DNA of 64,000 nt from an uncultured Dehalococcoidaceae bacterium (GTDB lineage Bacteria; Chloroflexota; Dehalococcoidia; UBA2979): positions 27,603 to 91,602 of the forward strand of contig CAZMCK010000002.1 of NCBI GenBank assembly GCA_964565075.1, in the 5' to 3' direction. A model generated the notes under the pieces. That model was given only the letters and a program-made list of their open reading frames with translations. It searched no databases and was not told the origin of the DNA. Shown piece after piece: positions 43,090 to 52,293 of the stretch. Each line of letters begins with the position of its first letter. Position 1 is the first letter of the stretch. The translations under genes were made by a program, and so were the position numbers.

Positions 43090-44391
43090 GTGAGACTGCT
43101 GTCGGCGCCGCGCGTCTTCTACGGCTGGTGGATCGTTGTCGCCGGTTTTGGCACCCAGTGGCTCGTCGGCGCACTCATGCTCCACCCCTTTGGCCTCTAC
43201 GTGGTCGAGTTCGAGAAGCACTTCGGCTGGAACCGCACCGAGCTGGCGATCGCCTTCTCCCTCGCACGCGTCGAGGACGGGCTGCTCGGTCCGATCCAGG
43301 GCTGGATGATCGACCGTTTCGGGCCTCGGGCCGTGATCAGGGTCGGCATCGTGCTCTTCGCGCTCGGGTTCGTGGCGTTCAGCCAGATGAACTCGCTCGC
43401 GATGTTCTACGTCACGTTCCTGCTCATGGCGGTCGGCGCCGCGATGGCTGGATTCCTGTCGGTCAACACGGCGGTCGTCAACTGGTTCGTCCGACGCCGC
43501 ACGCTCGCCGTCAGCATCGCGCTGATCGGGGTTGCCGGTGGCGGCTTCGCGGCGCCCGCTATCGCGTTCCTGATGGAGGAGATCGGCTGGCGTGGCACCG
43601 CCCTCGCGTCGGCGGCACTCATCCTCATCATCGGGCTGCCCGCGGCCCAGCTCATCAGGCATCGCCCCGAGCCGTACGGCCTGCGCCCAGACGGCGACCC
43701 CGCCCCGCCTCCGACGGGAGGAGACGGCGCCTCCCAGTTCGCCGAGGTCAGCATGACCCCCCAGCAGGCGCTGCGGAGCCGGGCGTTCTGGGCCATCTCG
43801 TTCGCGCACGCGGCGGCGCTGCTCGTGGTCTCGGCGGTGATGGTGCACTTCGTCGCGCACGTCGAGGAGCAGCTCGACTACAGCCGTGCGCAGGCAGCTT
43901 CGCTCATCACGCTCCTGACCGTCATGGTCATCGTCGGACAGGTCGTGGGCGGCTGGGCCGGCGACCGCCTCAATACGCGCGCGATCATCGCCGTGTGCCT
44001 CCTGGGACACGCGACCGCCATGCTCTTCCTGACGTTCGCCACGACCCTCTGGATGGTGGTGGCGTTCTCGTTGCTGCACGGCGTCGCCTGGGGTGTGCGA
44101 GGCCCGGTCATCCTCTCGATGCGCGCCGAGTACTTCGGCCCGCGCTCATTCGGCACGATCATGGGTTTCTCGTCGCTGATCGTGATGCTGGGGATGATCG
44201 TCGGCCCGATCTTCGCCGGGATGGTCTACGACAACACCGGCTCGTACGAGGTCGGGTTCACGCTGCTGGCCCTGATTGCAGGCGCCAGCTCGCTGCTGAT
44301 GTTCTGGGCGGGGAGCCCACCGCCACGCCCTGCCAGCATGCCCGCGGCGACGTCGCTGGCTGCCGAGGCAAGTGAGGCGCCTGCCGCGTAG
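43090..44391 (+). CDS. MFS transporter (same subfamily as the 50878..52266 gene)
   Basis: 433 aa with 12 TM helices and the shared N-terminal pattern FYGWWIVVAG. Confidence 0.8.
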   Translation: MRLLSAPRVFYGWWIVVAGFGTQWLVGALMLHPFGLYVVEFEKHFGWNRTELAIAFSLARVEDGLLGPIQGWMIDRFGPRAVIRVGIVLFALGFVAFSQMNSLAMFYVTFLLMAVGAAMAGFLSVNTAVVNWFVRRRTLAVSIALIGVAGGGFAAPAIAFLMEEIGWRGTALASAALILIIGLPAAQLIRHRPEPYGLRPDGDPAPPPTGGDGASQFAEVSMTPQQALRSRAFWAISFAHAAALLVVSAVMVHFVAHVEEQLDYSRAQAASLITLLTVMVIVGQVVGGWAGDRLNTRAIIAVCLLGHATAMLFLTFATTLWMVVAFSLLHGVAWGVRGPVILSMRAEYFGPRSFGTIMGFSSLIVMLGMIVGPIFAGMVYDNTGSYEVGFTLLALIAGASSLLMFWAGSPPPRPASMPAATSLAAEASEAPAA

Positions 44392-44406
44392 CCCTGGGCG
44401 AGCCCG

Positions 44407-45366
44407 CTACGCCCGCCCGACCGCCGCGTCGATGCGCGCCATCACCTCGCCCTCCAGGGGTCCGCGCGCTTCGGCCTCGACGCATTCGCGCAGCTCTACT
44501 CGGTGCTTCACGCCGAGCACTACCGTGGCGATGCCCGGCATCGACAGCGCGTAGCGATGCGCGAGCGCGGCCGGCGACTCGCCGAGCTCGCGCGCCAGGT
44601 CGCGGAACGGCGCGGCGCGCTCGAAGTCCACGGCGTCGCCGTGCTCCTCCGGCAGCTCGCGGTCGATCCCGTCGGTGAGCGCGCCCGCCTGCACGGCGCG
44701 GATGCCCATGACGCCGACACCTTGCTCGGCAGCGGCCGCGATCACCTCGCGCGGGCGGAGCGCGCCGTCGAAGCGCTGGATCGCTCCGGCCGAGTCAAGC
44801 AGGTTGGCGATGCACTGCACCGCTCCGGGGGGCGCGTCCGAGCGCAGCGCGGCGATCACGGCGTCGGGGACGCCGATGCCCGTGATGCCCCACGCGCCCG
44901 CCAGCCCCTCCGCCACGAGGCCCTCGAGGGCGGGCCGCACCGCCTCCTCGAAGAGCGTCAGCGGCGTCCCCGCGTAGCGCTCCGCGTCGGCGTCCGCGAC
45001 CAGCATGTTGTGCACGAGGAACAGGTCGACGCGCTCGAGGCGGAGCCGATCGAGGCTCGCGGTGAGGCTGGAGCGCAGCAGGCCGGCGACTTCATCGGCC
45101 GGCGGGGTATTGACGCGGCACTTGGTCGAGACCAGGACACCGTCCGGGAGCCGACCGTCGAACGCCTCGCCGACCACGCGCTCGGCCTCGCCGTCCCCGT
45201 AGCTGGGGGCGACGTCGAGCAGGTTGATGCCCAGCTCGATCGCCTCGCGGGTGGTGGCGACGGCCTCTTCGCGGGTGGTCGGCCCCCACACCTGGCCAAT
45301 GCCCCCGCCTCCGAGCGAGAGCGCGCTGACGTCGGATCCGAGGCTGCCGAACGGTCGTCGTTCCAT
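44407..45366 (-). CDS. aldo/keto reductase
   Basis: Internal ATG (MERRPFGSLGSDVSALSLGG..) of ORF 44407..46110. AKR TIM-barrel motifs. Confidence 0.85.
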   Translation of the reverse strand: MERRPFGSLGSDVSALSLGGGGIGQVWGPTTREEAVATTREAIELGINLLDVAPSYGDGEAERVVGEAFDGRLPDGVLVSTKCRVNTPPADEVAGLLRSSLTASLDRLRLERVDLFLVHNMLVADADAERYAGTPLTLFEEAVRPALEGLVAEGLAGAWGITGIGVPDAVIAALRSDAPPGAVQCIANLLDSAGAIQRFDGALRPREVIAAAAEQGVGVMGIRAVQAGALTDGIDRELPEEHGDAVDFERAAPFRDLARELGESPAALAHRYALSMPGIATVVLGVKHRVELRECVEAEARGPLEGEVMARIDAAVGRA

Positions 45367-45371
45367 GAGCG

Positions 45372-46649
45372 CTAGCCGAACGCGCCAGCCTCGCGCAGCG
45401 AGGCGATCTCCTCCGGTGTGAGGCCGTGCTCCGCCAGTACCTCGTCGGTGTGGCCCCCGAGGGGCGGCGACGGCCGGTCCGTGCCCGTCGGAGCGTTCGT
45501 CATGCGCAGGATCGGGCCGACCAGCTGTTCGGGGCCCGTGAGGGGGTGGTCGATGTCCACCATGTAGCCCATCGCCTGCACCTGCGGGTCTTCCGACATC
45601 TCCTCGGGGAAGTTCACCTTGGTTGCCGGCGCCCCCTGCGCGTCGAGGAGCTCGATCCACTCGTCCATGGTCTTGGTGCGGTACAGCTGCCTGACGCGCT
45701 CCTGGAACGCCTGCGCCTTCGCCTCCCACTCCGGGTCGAGGGCGTCGAAGTCCGGGTCCTCCATGGGATCCTCGCCGGTCAGTCCCAGCGCCTCGCGGAT
45801 CTGCGCCTGGTTGCGAGGGGTGAGCGCACCGACGACGATCGCGCCGTCCTGCACCACGTAGGTGCCGTAGTACGTCAGGAACGCCGTCGCGATCGCGCGC
45901 TGGCCCTCGTGGATGTCCATCAGCTCCTGGTAGTTGGCGCCTGCCTGCTGCGCGGCGGTGAGGGCCTCCATCATCGGGTCCCGCGTGATTGCGTCCTGCA
46001 CGGGCACTCGCCCGACGGAGGCGCCGAGCAGCGACAGCGCCGAGTTGAGCAGCGAGGTCTGGATGAACTCGCCCTGCCCCGTCAGCTCGCGGCGGAACAG
46101 CGCGGCGCACACGCCCATCGCCATTGCCAGTCCCGTGCTCATGTCGCCGATCGCGATCGACATCATCTGCGGCGCGCCGTGCTCGTCGAGCTTGTGGTTG
46201 TTCGCCATCAGGCCCGAGTAGCCCTGCGAGACCACGTCGGAGCCGGAGCGCTCGGCGCTCGGCCCCTCGGTGCCGAAGCCGGTGCTGTCGACGTAGACGA
46301 GGTCCGGGCGGAACTGCCGCAGCGTGTCGTAGTCCACCTTCAGGCGCTTCGAGACGCCGGGGCGGGCGTTGATGATGAAGACGTCGTAGTCCTTGATGAT
46401 GCGGTGCACCAGCCCCTGCGCGTCGGGGCTCTGGAGGTTGAGCACCAGCCCCCGCTTCCCGCGGTTCACGACGTGGAAGAACTTCGACTCGTTCGGGACG
46501 ACGGCGCCCAGGATGCGGGTGCTGTCGCCGTCCGGTGACTCGACCTTGAGGACGTCGGCCCCGAGGTCGGCGAGCATCATCCCGCCGTACGGCGCCGCCA
46601 GGATCTGTGACACCTCGAACACCTTGATGCCTTCAAGTGGACCACCCAC
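45372..46649 (-). CDS. CoA-transferase family III (CaiB/BaiF) protein, single-domain
   Basis: ORF 45372..46832. The start is placed at the GTG for V62 (8 nt after GGGGGG), since a strong hairpin upstream (46672..46704) must precede the gene. N-terminal GPLEGIKVFEVSQILAAPYGGMMLADLGADVLKVE. Confidence 0.8.
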   Translation of the reverse strand: MGGPLEGIKVFEVSQILAAPYGGMMLADLGADVLKVESPDGDSTRILGAVVPNESKFFHVVNRGKRGLVLNLQSPDAQGLVHRIIKDYDVFIINARPGVSKRLKVDYDTLRQFRPDLVYVDSTGFGTEGPSAERSGSDVVSQGYSGLMANNHKLDEHGAPQMMSIAIGDMSTGLAMAMGVCAALFRRELTGQGEFIQTSLLNSALSLLGASVGRVPVQDAITRDPMMEALTAAQQAGANYQELMDIHEGQRAIATAFLTYYGTYVVQDGAIVVGALTPRNQAQIREALGLTGEDPMEDPDFDALDPEWEAKAQAFQERVRQLYRTKTMDEWIELLDAQGAPATKVNFPEEMSEDPQVQAMGYMVDIDHPLTGPEQLVGPILRMTNAPTGTDRPSPPLGGHTDEVLAEHGLTPEEIASLREAGAFG

Positions 46650-46671
46650 GATGCGCACCCCCCGGATTGCA

Positions 46672-46704
46672 AGCGGGGCGGGTGCTTGAGCACCCGCCCC
46701 GTCG
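46672..46704. terminator. 13-bp-stem hairpin after the rhodanese gene
   Basis: GCGGGGCGGGTGC-TTGA-GCACCCGCCCCG(C). Confidence 0.5.
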
Positions 46705-46729
46705 AGCGTGTGGCTTCGGCCGTATCGTA

Positions 46730-47908
46730 CTAGGACTCGATGGGCGTGTCTGTGCGGTTGCCCCACTCGGTCCAGGAGCCATCGTAGACCTTCACGTTCT
46801 CGTAGCCGAGCAGATCGCTCAGCACGAACCACGTGTGGGTCGCACGCACGGCCGTCTGGCAGAGCGTGTAGATGGTCTTGCCGCCCACAACGCCCTCGCC
46901 CTCGTAGAGCTCGCGGAGCTCATCGGCGGGGAGGAACGTGCCGTCCTCGGCCAGCGCGCGGCCCCAGTCGACGTTGACCGACTCGGGGATGTGGCCGCCG
47001 CGGTCAGCACGGACGTCACGCCCGGCGTACTCCTCGGCCGACCTGGCGTCGCAGACCAGCGACGAGGGGTCCTCGATCTGATCCACGATCTCCTGCCAGC
47101 CGGCGATGATCGCCTCGTTCGGAGCCGCGCTGAACGCGTACTCCGCAGCCGTGGGCGACGGCACGTCGGTGCTCACCTCGCGGCCCTCTGACTGCCAGAG
47201 CGGGAAGTCGCCGTCGAGCAGCCGCACATCCGCGTGCCCGTAGACCGCGAGCACCCACACGGCGCGCGAAGCCCAGATCGAGCCCCTGGCGTCGTAGAAG
47301 ACCAGCGTGTGGTCGGGCGTCACGCCGAATGATGCGAGCGATGCCGCCACTTCCTCGGCGGGCGGGATCAGGCCCGCGACGCCGTCGATCTCCTTCTGGA
47401 AGACCGCACCGGCCTGCATCCGGACCGCGCCCGGGATGTGGCCCTCGCCGTACTGTTCCTCGTTGCGGAGGTCGAACAGCAGCACCCTGTCGTTGTCGAG
47501 GTTGTCCTCGATCCACTGGGTGGTCACGAGGCGGCTCGTGTTCGCGTAGCCCCGGTCCTCGAGGCCCGTAGCCTGGGCGACCCCGGCGTCGTCCGCGTCA
47601 CCCTCCTCGGAGGTGGTGGCGGCGGTGTCGTCCGCGTCGTCGTCCTCCTCGGTGGCGGCGGCGGTGTCATCCGCGTCGTCGTCCTCCTCGGTGGCGGCGG
47701 CCGTGTCGGTGGCGTCGTCGGAGTCGTCGGTGGCCGCGGCCTGCTGCGTGGCGGGCGTCGCCTGCGTGGTCGTCGCCGCGTCGTCGTCATCGTCGTCGCC
47801 GCACGCGATGAGCAGCGCCGAGGAGGCGATCACCAGCAGCGCAAGCAGCGCGGCACCGCGTCCGAGCAGGCCCCAGGCGGGCCTCGTTCGTACTTCTGTT
47901 GCCATCAT
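46730..47908 (-). CDS. secreted two-domain rhodanese (thiosulfate/3-mercaptopyruvate sulfurtransferase) lipoprotein
   Basis: 392 aa with lipobox LLIACG, an acidic linker containing a tandem TAAATEEDDDADD repeat, and two rhodanese domains with the catalytic Cys (CQTAVRA). Confidence 0.8.
   Translation of the reverse strand: MMATEVRTRPAWGLLGRGAALLALLVIASSALLIACGDDDDDDAATTTQATPATQQAAATDDSDDATDTAAATEEDDDADDTAAATEEDDDADDTAATTSEEGDADDAGVAQATGLEDRGYANTSRLVTTQWIEDNLDNDRVLLFDLRNEEQYGEGHIPGAVRMQAGAVFQKEIDGVAGLIPPAEEVAASLASFGVTPDHTLVFYDARGSIWASRAVWVLAVYGHADVRLLDGDFPLWQSEGREVSTDVPSPTAAEYAFSAAPNEAIIAGWQEIVDQIEDPSSLVCDARSAEEYAGRDVRADRGGHIPESVNVDWGRALAEDGTFLPADELRELYEGEGVVGGKTIYTLCQTAVRATHTWFVLSDLLGYENVKVYDGSWTEWGNRTDTPIES
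47620..47700. repeat. roughly 39-bp tandem direct repeat (x2) inside the rhodanese gene
   Basis: A GTCGTCGTCCTCCTCGGTGGCGGCGGC(G/C)GTGTC unit repeated on the + strand, encoding the duplicated acidic linker TAAATEEDDDADD. Confidence 0.6.
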
Positions 47909-47965
47909 GCTTCCCTTCGGGCCGGGACGCGTCCGCGCGCCGGCACTATCGAGGGCGGTGCGGGG

Positions 47966-48223
47966 CTAGCCCGCCGCGCCCGCCTCCGCGTTGAAGATGC
48001 GGATTTCCCACTCGCCGGCAGCCCGCTCGGCGATCTCGCAGCCGTAGCCGCGCTTCATCGCCTCGGGCGGGATCGTCGACAGTGCGGGCGGGTGGTCCGT
48101 CCACACGCGCAGCTCCGGCACGCCGGGCTGCACCTCGTCGAGCTCCCGGTTGGTGCGCAGCATGGGGTACGGGCAGATCTCGCCGCGCACGTCCAGGACT
48201 GGCGCTTCGCTCTGATCGGTCAT
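47966..48223 (-). CDS. tusA: TusA-family sulfurtransferase
   Basis: 85 aa with the CPYP motif (LDVRGEICPYPMLRT). Confidence 0.8.
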   Translation of the reverse strand: MTDQSEAPVLDVRGEICPYPMLRTNRELDEVQPGVPELRVWTDHPPALSTIPPEAMKRGYGCEIAERAAGEWEIRIFNAEAGAAG

Positions 48224-48242
48224 GGAGTCTCCTCCTTGCTCC

Positions 48243-48500
48243 CTATTCAGTGGCCGCCACCGGGCGTGCGCCCGGCGACAGCGTCATCTCGCGCACGCCC
48301 TCGGCGGGCGGCTCGAGGCGGCATCGCACGCCGCGCTCGGCTGCCGCGGGCAGCACGTACGTGGCGACGACGTCGAGATCGGTGACGATCCGCACCGCCG
48401 TTCCCTCGGCGGCCTGCTCGACAGCGGCGTGCGCGGCCTGCATCTGCTCCGGCGGCGGCTTGCCGCGCAGGTCCAGCACCTCGGTGGTCTCGTTGGTCAT
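48243..48500 (-). CDS. TusA-like / DUF2249-type small protein lacking the CPxP cysteine
   Basis: 85-aa C-terminal part of ORF 48243..49628 (MTNETTEVLDLRGKPPPEQM..). ATGA coupling with the YeeE/YedE gene. Confidence 0.5.
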   Translation of the reverse strand: MTNETTEVLDLRGKPPPEQMQAAHAAVEQAAEGTAVRIVTDLDVVATYVLPAAAERGVRCRLEPPAEGVREMTLSPGARPVAATE

Positions 48501-49789
48501 GGGAACCGCCGGATGAACGCGGTGCCGCCGTACGCGCCGATCGCCAGCGCGATGGCGTAGATCCAGCCGTTGAGCGCGAGCGACGGGATCGCCGAGAAGA
48601 ACGCGCCGATGGTGCAGCCGAGGCCGAGCCCCGCGCCGTAGCCCATGATCAACCCGCCGCCGAGCGACTGGATGTAGCGACGCGGCCCGCGCGGCACGCG
48701 CAGCCGGAACTCGCGCGCCAGCAGTGCGGCGGTGAAGGCTCCGGCGATGATGCCGGCGTTGAGCATGAACGCGTCGGTGAACCACGTCCCCTCGACGAAG
48801 CGGGGCACGCAGCCGGGGATGTCGTTGATGCCGTTGAGCTCGCCCACGCCGGCGCCGATGTTGTTCGCGAAGTCCGTCGACCAGCGCGTGAGCTCGCCGA
48901 CGACGCCGAGCGGGCGGTAGCGGATGAAGATCAGGACGTTGACCGCCGCCAGCGCGATGCCGCCGACAAGCGGCGTCCACTCGGCGCGGAAGATCTTGTG
49001 TGCGAGCGCTCCGAGGGTGGTGTCGGCGCCGGGCGCGGCCCCTGCGGTGGCGGTGCCCGGGATGACCGGAAGCGTGAAGTTCATCCCCGCGAACGCGCGG
49101 CGCTCCCACCACGAGACGGCGGCCCACGCCAGGCCAAGCAGCACGAACGTCGCCACGACAGCGCCCGTGTAGTTCATGTCCGTGGGCAGCCAGGAGAGGC
49201 GGTCCATGCTGATCTGGTTGTCCCACCACCAGTTCCAGGTGCTGGCCATCGCGTAGAGCCCCACGAGGACGCCGAAGATGGCGACCCATGACCCGAGGTA
49301 GCCCTCGCCCATGCGGTAGAGCGTGCCGCTCACGCAGCCGCCGGAGAGCACCATGCCGAACCCGAACATGAGGCCGCCGAGCACCGTGGCGATGCCGAGC
49401 GGCAGGATGTGCGCGTCGGACGGCAGCACGCCGCTGCCGGGGTTGGGGATGACGGTCGCCATGATCATCGCGAAGCCGGCCGTGCCGATGGCGAGGCCGG
49501 CGATGATGCCGCGCATCATCCGTCCCTGCTTCATGAGGAACAGGTCGCGGAATCCCGCGACGAAGCAGAACCGGCTGCGCTGGCAGATTACCCCGAAGGC
49601 GACGCCGGACACCCAGAACACCGGCCACGCGGCGTCGGTGCGCAGCGCGATCACGTACACGACCACGAGGCCGGCGACGGCGAGGATGCCGACGCCCGTC
49701 GAGCGGTCGATCGTGCGGACGGTGTCCATGGACATGGGGAGGGCGCTCATCCCGGTAATGTTCACATAGTTGAGTCGGCTACTCAACAT
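48497..49789 (-). CDS. YeeE/YedE-family (TsuA-like) sulfur-compound transporter, duplicated-domain
   Basis: C-terminal 417-430 aa of ORF 48497..50767 with two YeeE/YedE repeats carrying conserved Cys (SGGCVSG, GLGCTIG). Start may be ATG 49789 or 49750. Confidence 0.8.
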   Translation of the reverse strand: MLSSRLNYVNITGMSALPMSMDTVRTIDRSTGVGILAVAGLVVVYVIALRTDAAWPVFWVSGVAFGVICQRSRFCFVAGFRDLFLMKQGRMMRGIIAGLAIGTAGFAMIMATVIPNPGSGVLPSDAHILPLGIATVLGGLMFGFGMVLSGGCVSGTLYRMGEGYLGSWVAIFGVLVGLYAMASTWNWWWDNQISMDRLSWLPTDMNYTGAVVATFVLLGLAWAAVSWWERRAFAGMNFTLPVIPGTATAGAAPGADTTLGALAHKIFRAEWTPLVGGIALAAVNVLIFIRYRPLGVVGELTRWSTDFANNIGAGVGELNGINDIPGCVPRFVEGTWFTDAFMLNAGIIAGAFTAALLAREFRLRVPRGPRRYIQSLGGGLIMGYGAGLGLGCTIGAFFSAIPSLALNGWIYAIALAIGAYGGTAFIRRFP

Positions 49790-49894
49790 CTCTCCGTTAT
49801 GGCCGCACTGCGCGTGTGATGCGGTCCCGCGCTCTGTATCATCGCGACCGCAGGCGACAGCGCCAGACGGCCAACGGCCAGAGAGGGAGGAGAC

Positions 49895-50716
49895 ATGCCT
49901 CCGAACACAGAAACCGTCCTGTACGAGAAGCGCGACCGCGTCGCGTGGGTGACACTCAACCGCCCCGAAGCGATGAACGCGCTCAACCCCGAGATCAGCC
50001 TCGGCATCAAGGAAGCGATCGACGAGGCGACCGCGGACGACGACGTCCTCGTCGTCGTGCTGATCGGCAACGGCGGCCGCGCGTTCTGCGCCGGCATGGA
50101 CCTCAAGTGGCGCGCCCAGGAGGACGCTGCCGGCGGTACCGACATGTCGGGTGACGATGTCGGGCCGGGCACCGGCCTGGACGCCGTCGGCGCATGCCCG
50201 AAGCCCGTGATCGCGGCCATCGACGGCTACGCACTGGCGGGCGGCATGCAACTCAGCAACCGCTGCGACATGCGCATCGCGACGCGGAAGTCGCGGTTCG
50301 GGATGCCCGAGGCGCGCCGCGCCCTGGCGGCCGTGGGCGTCGAGGACACGCCGGAGCTGTTCACGACGCCGGGCGAGGCGGCGTGGATCCTGCTCACCGG
50401 CGGCCACATGACCGCCGAGCGTGCCTATCAGAACGGCCTTGTGCAGGTCCTGGTCGAGGACCGCGATGAGCTGATGCAGGCGGCCGAAGACCTCGCGGGC
50501 GAGATCAAGCTCTGCGCGCCCCTCGCGATCCGCGCCATCAAGGAGACGCTGCGCACCAAGCGCAACATGCCCGCCCCGAATCCCGGCCAGACCGAGCTCG
50601 ACAAGCTCGCCGAGCTGACCTTCGAGGTGAAGGAGATCAACAACAACAGCGAGGACCGGCTCGAGGGACCGCTGGCATTCGCCGAGAAGCGCGACCCGAA
50701 CTGGAAGAACCGCTAG
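49895..50716 (+). CDS. enoyl-CoA hydratase/isomerase family protein (crotonase paralog 3)
   Basis: 273 aa with motifs VTLNRPEAMNAL, GNGGRAFCAGMDL and IDGYALAGG, and the shared C-terminus EGPLAFAEKR. Confidence 0.85.
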   Translation: MPPNTETVLYEKRDRVAWVTLNRPEAMNALNPEISLGIKEAIDEATADDDVLVVVLIGNGGRAFCAGMDLKWRAQEDAAGGTDMSGDDVGPGTGLDAVGACPKPVIAAIDGYALAGGMQLSNRCDMRIATRKSRFGMPEARRALAAVGVEDTPELFTTPGEAAWILLTGGHMTAERAYQNGLVQVLVEDRDELMQAAEDLAGEIKLCAPLAIRAIKETLRTKRNMPAPNPGQTELDKLAELTFEVKEINNNSEDRLEGPLAFAEKRDPNWKNR

Positions 50717-50826
50717 CCGGGAGCATCGAGGAGAGAGAGCCACCAGGTCACCCGCGTGCAGCACCACTGCATGCGGCCGACGATCGGACCCCGCCGTGGC
50801 TCGCCACGCCGGGGGCGCGAGCGAGA

Positions 50827-50849
50827 GGAGCCCTCCACACGGAGGGCTT
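50827..50849 (+). terminator. 9-bp-stem hairpin after crotonase paralog 3
   Basis: GAGCCCTCC-ACAC-GGAGGGCTT. Confidence 0.4.
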
Positions 50850-50877
50850 CTTCGCGACTGCCCACTGAGCAGCGTCG

Positions 50878-52266
50878 ATGACGGTCACGCACGCCGGCAT
50901 GTCCGAGGTCGCCGAGCTCATCGCCGAGCGTGCGGTGGTCGCGGCGCGGCGCGGCCTGTTCTACGGCTGGTACATCGTCGCGGCGGGCGCGGGCACCAAC
51001 TTCCTCGTCATCGGCCTCGTCACGTTCAGCTTCGGCGTCTTCATCGGCCCGATGCGCGACGAGCTGGGGTGGAGCGTCGCGGCGATCGCGGCCGGCCAGT
51101 CGCTGCGCAGCTTCGAGCAGGGGCTGCTCGCGCCGGTCACGGGCGTGATGATCGACCGGCTCGGGCCGCGCAAGATGGCGATCACCGGGATCGTCTTCAC
51201 GACCATCGGGCTGGTCGTCTTCTCGCAGGCCCGCACGCTCGAGATCTACTACCTGGCGAGCCTGGTACTGGCCTTCGGGCAGAGCCTCGGCTCGCTGCAG
51301 CCGTTCTCCGCGGCGTTGATGTTCTGGTTCCAGCGCAAGCGCGGACAGGCGATGGGGCTGCTCAACACCGGCAACGGGGCGGGGCACCTCATGGCCCCGG
51401 TCGTCGCGCTGCTCGTCCTCTGGGTGGGATGGCGCTCGACGCTGCTGTTGGCCGCCGTGGTCGTCTTCCTGCTCGGCATCCCCCTCGCGATGGTGCTTCG
51501 CGACCGCCCCGAGCCCTACGGCTACACGGTCGACGGCGATGCGCCCGAACCGGGCGCCGGTGAGCCGTCCGTCGCCCCCGACGCCACGGGGATGTCCGTG
51601 GGCGAGGGCCTGCGCACGCCGACGTTCTACCTGCTGTCGGTGTCCTCGGCGCTGGCCGGGGGCCTGATCGTCTCGTGGATCGTCCACCAGATCCCGCACC
51701 TGGAGAGCGTCGGGTTCTCGACGGCCGGTGCCGCGACGATCGTCGGCATCTACGGCGTGTGCCAGCTCGGGCTCCGCCCGATCGTCGGGTGGCTGGGCGA
51801 CCGCTTCGGGCGCGTCCGCCTCTACTCGTTCGCGTTCGTGTGCCAGGGCCTCGGGATGATCATCTTCGCGAACCTCACCGCGGACCGGCTGTGGCTCCTG
51901 CCGCTCTACTACGCGCTGTTCGCGTTCGGGAGCTCGGCCTGGATCGTGCTCCAACTGGCGCTGGTCGCCGACTACTTCGGGCCGAGGCGGTACGCGACGC
52001 TGCGCGGGTTTGCATCGACGCTCAACATGCCCGTCGGGATCGTCTCGCCGTTCGTGGCGGGCTACATCTTCGACCGCACCGGGAGCTACGTGGAGATCTT
52101 CATGGTCTTCGGGGTGCTCGCGATGATGGGCTCGATCATGATCCTGATGATCCGCCGCCCGTTCTGGGCCGACTTCGTGCGTGAGCGCGAGGAGGCGGCC
52201 GCCGCCGCCCGCGCCGCCGAGGCAGCAAGGGCGTACGCCACGCGCATACAATCGCCTCCCCGGTAA
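50878..52266 (+). CDS. MFS transporter (OFA-like subfamily)
   Basis: 462 aa with 12 TM helices. Paralog of the 43090..44391 gene. Confidence 0.8.
   Translation: MTVTHAGMSEVAELIAERAVVAARRGLFYGWYIVAAGAGTNFLVIGLVTFSFGVFIGPMRDELGWSVAAIAAGQSLRSFEQGLLAPVTGVMIDRLGPRKMAITGIVFTTIGLVVFSQARTLEIYYLASLVLAFGQSLGSLQPFSAALMFWFQRKRGQAMGLLNTGNGAGHLMAPVVALLVLWVGWRSTLLLAAVVVFLLGIPLAMVLRDRPEPYGYTVDGDAPEPGAGEPSVAPDATGMSVGEGLRTPTFYLLSVSSALAGGLIVSWIVHQIPHLESVGFSTAGAATIVGIYGVCQLGLRPIVGWLGDRFGRVRLYSFAFVCQGLGMIIFANLTADRLWLLPLYYALFAFGSSAWIVLQLALVADYFGPRRYATLRGFASTLNMPVGIVSPFVAGYIFDRTGSYVEIFMVFGVLAMMGSIMILMIRRPFWADFVREREEAAAAARAAEAARAYATRIQSPPR
52247..52252 (+). promoter_or_regulatory. TACAATCG -10-like box 42 nt upstream of CoA-transferase gene 1
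   Basis: The same TACAATCG octamer recurs at 7559 and 54760, about 40 nt ahead of start codons. Confidence 0.4.
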
Positions 52267-52293
52267 CGGGAAGAGCATCAGCGGGAGGGACTC

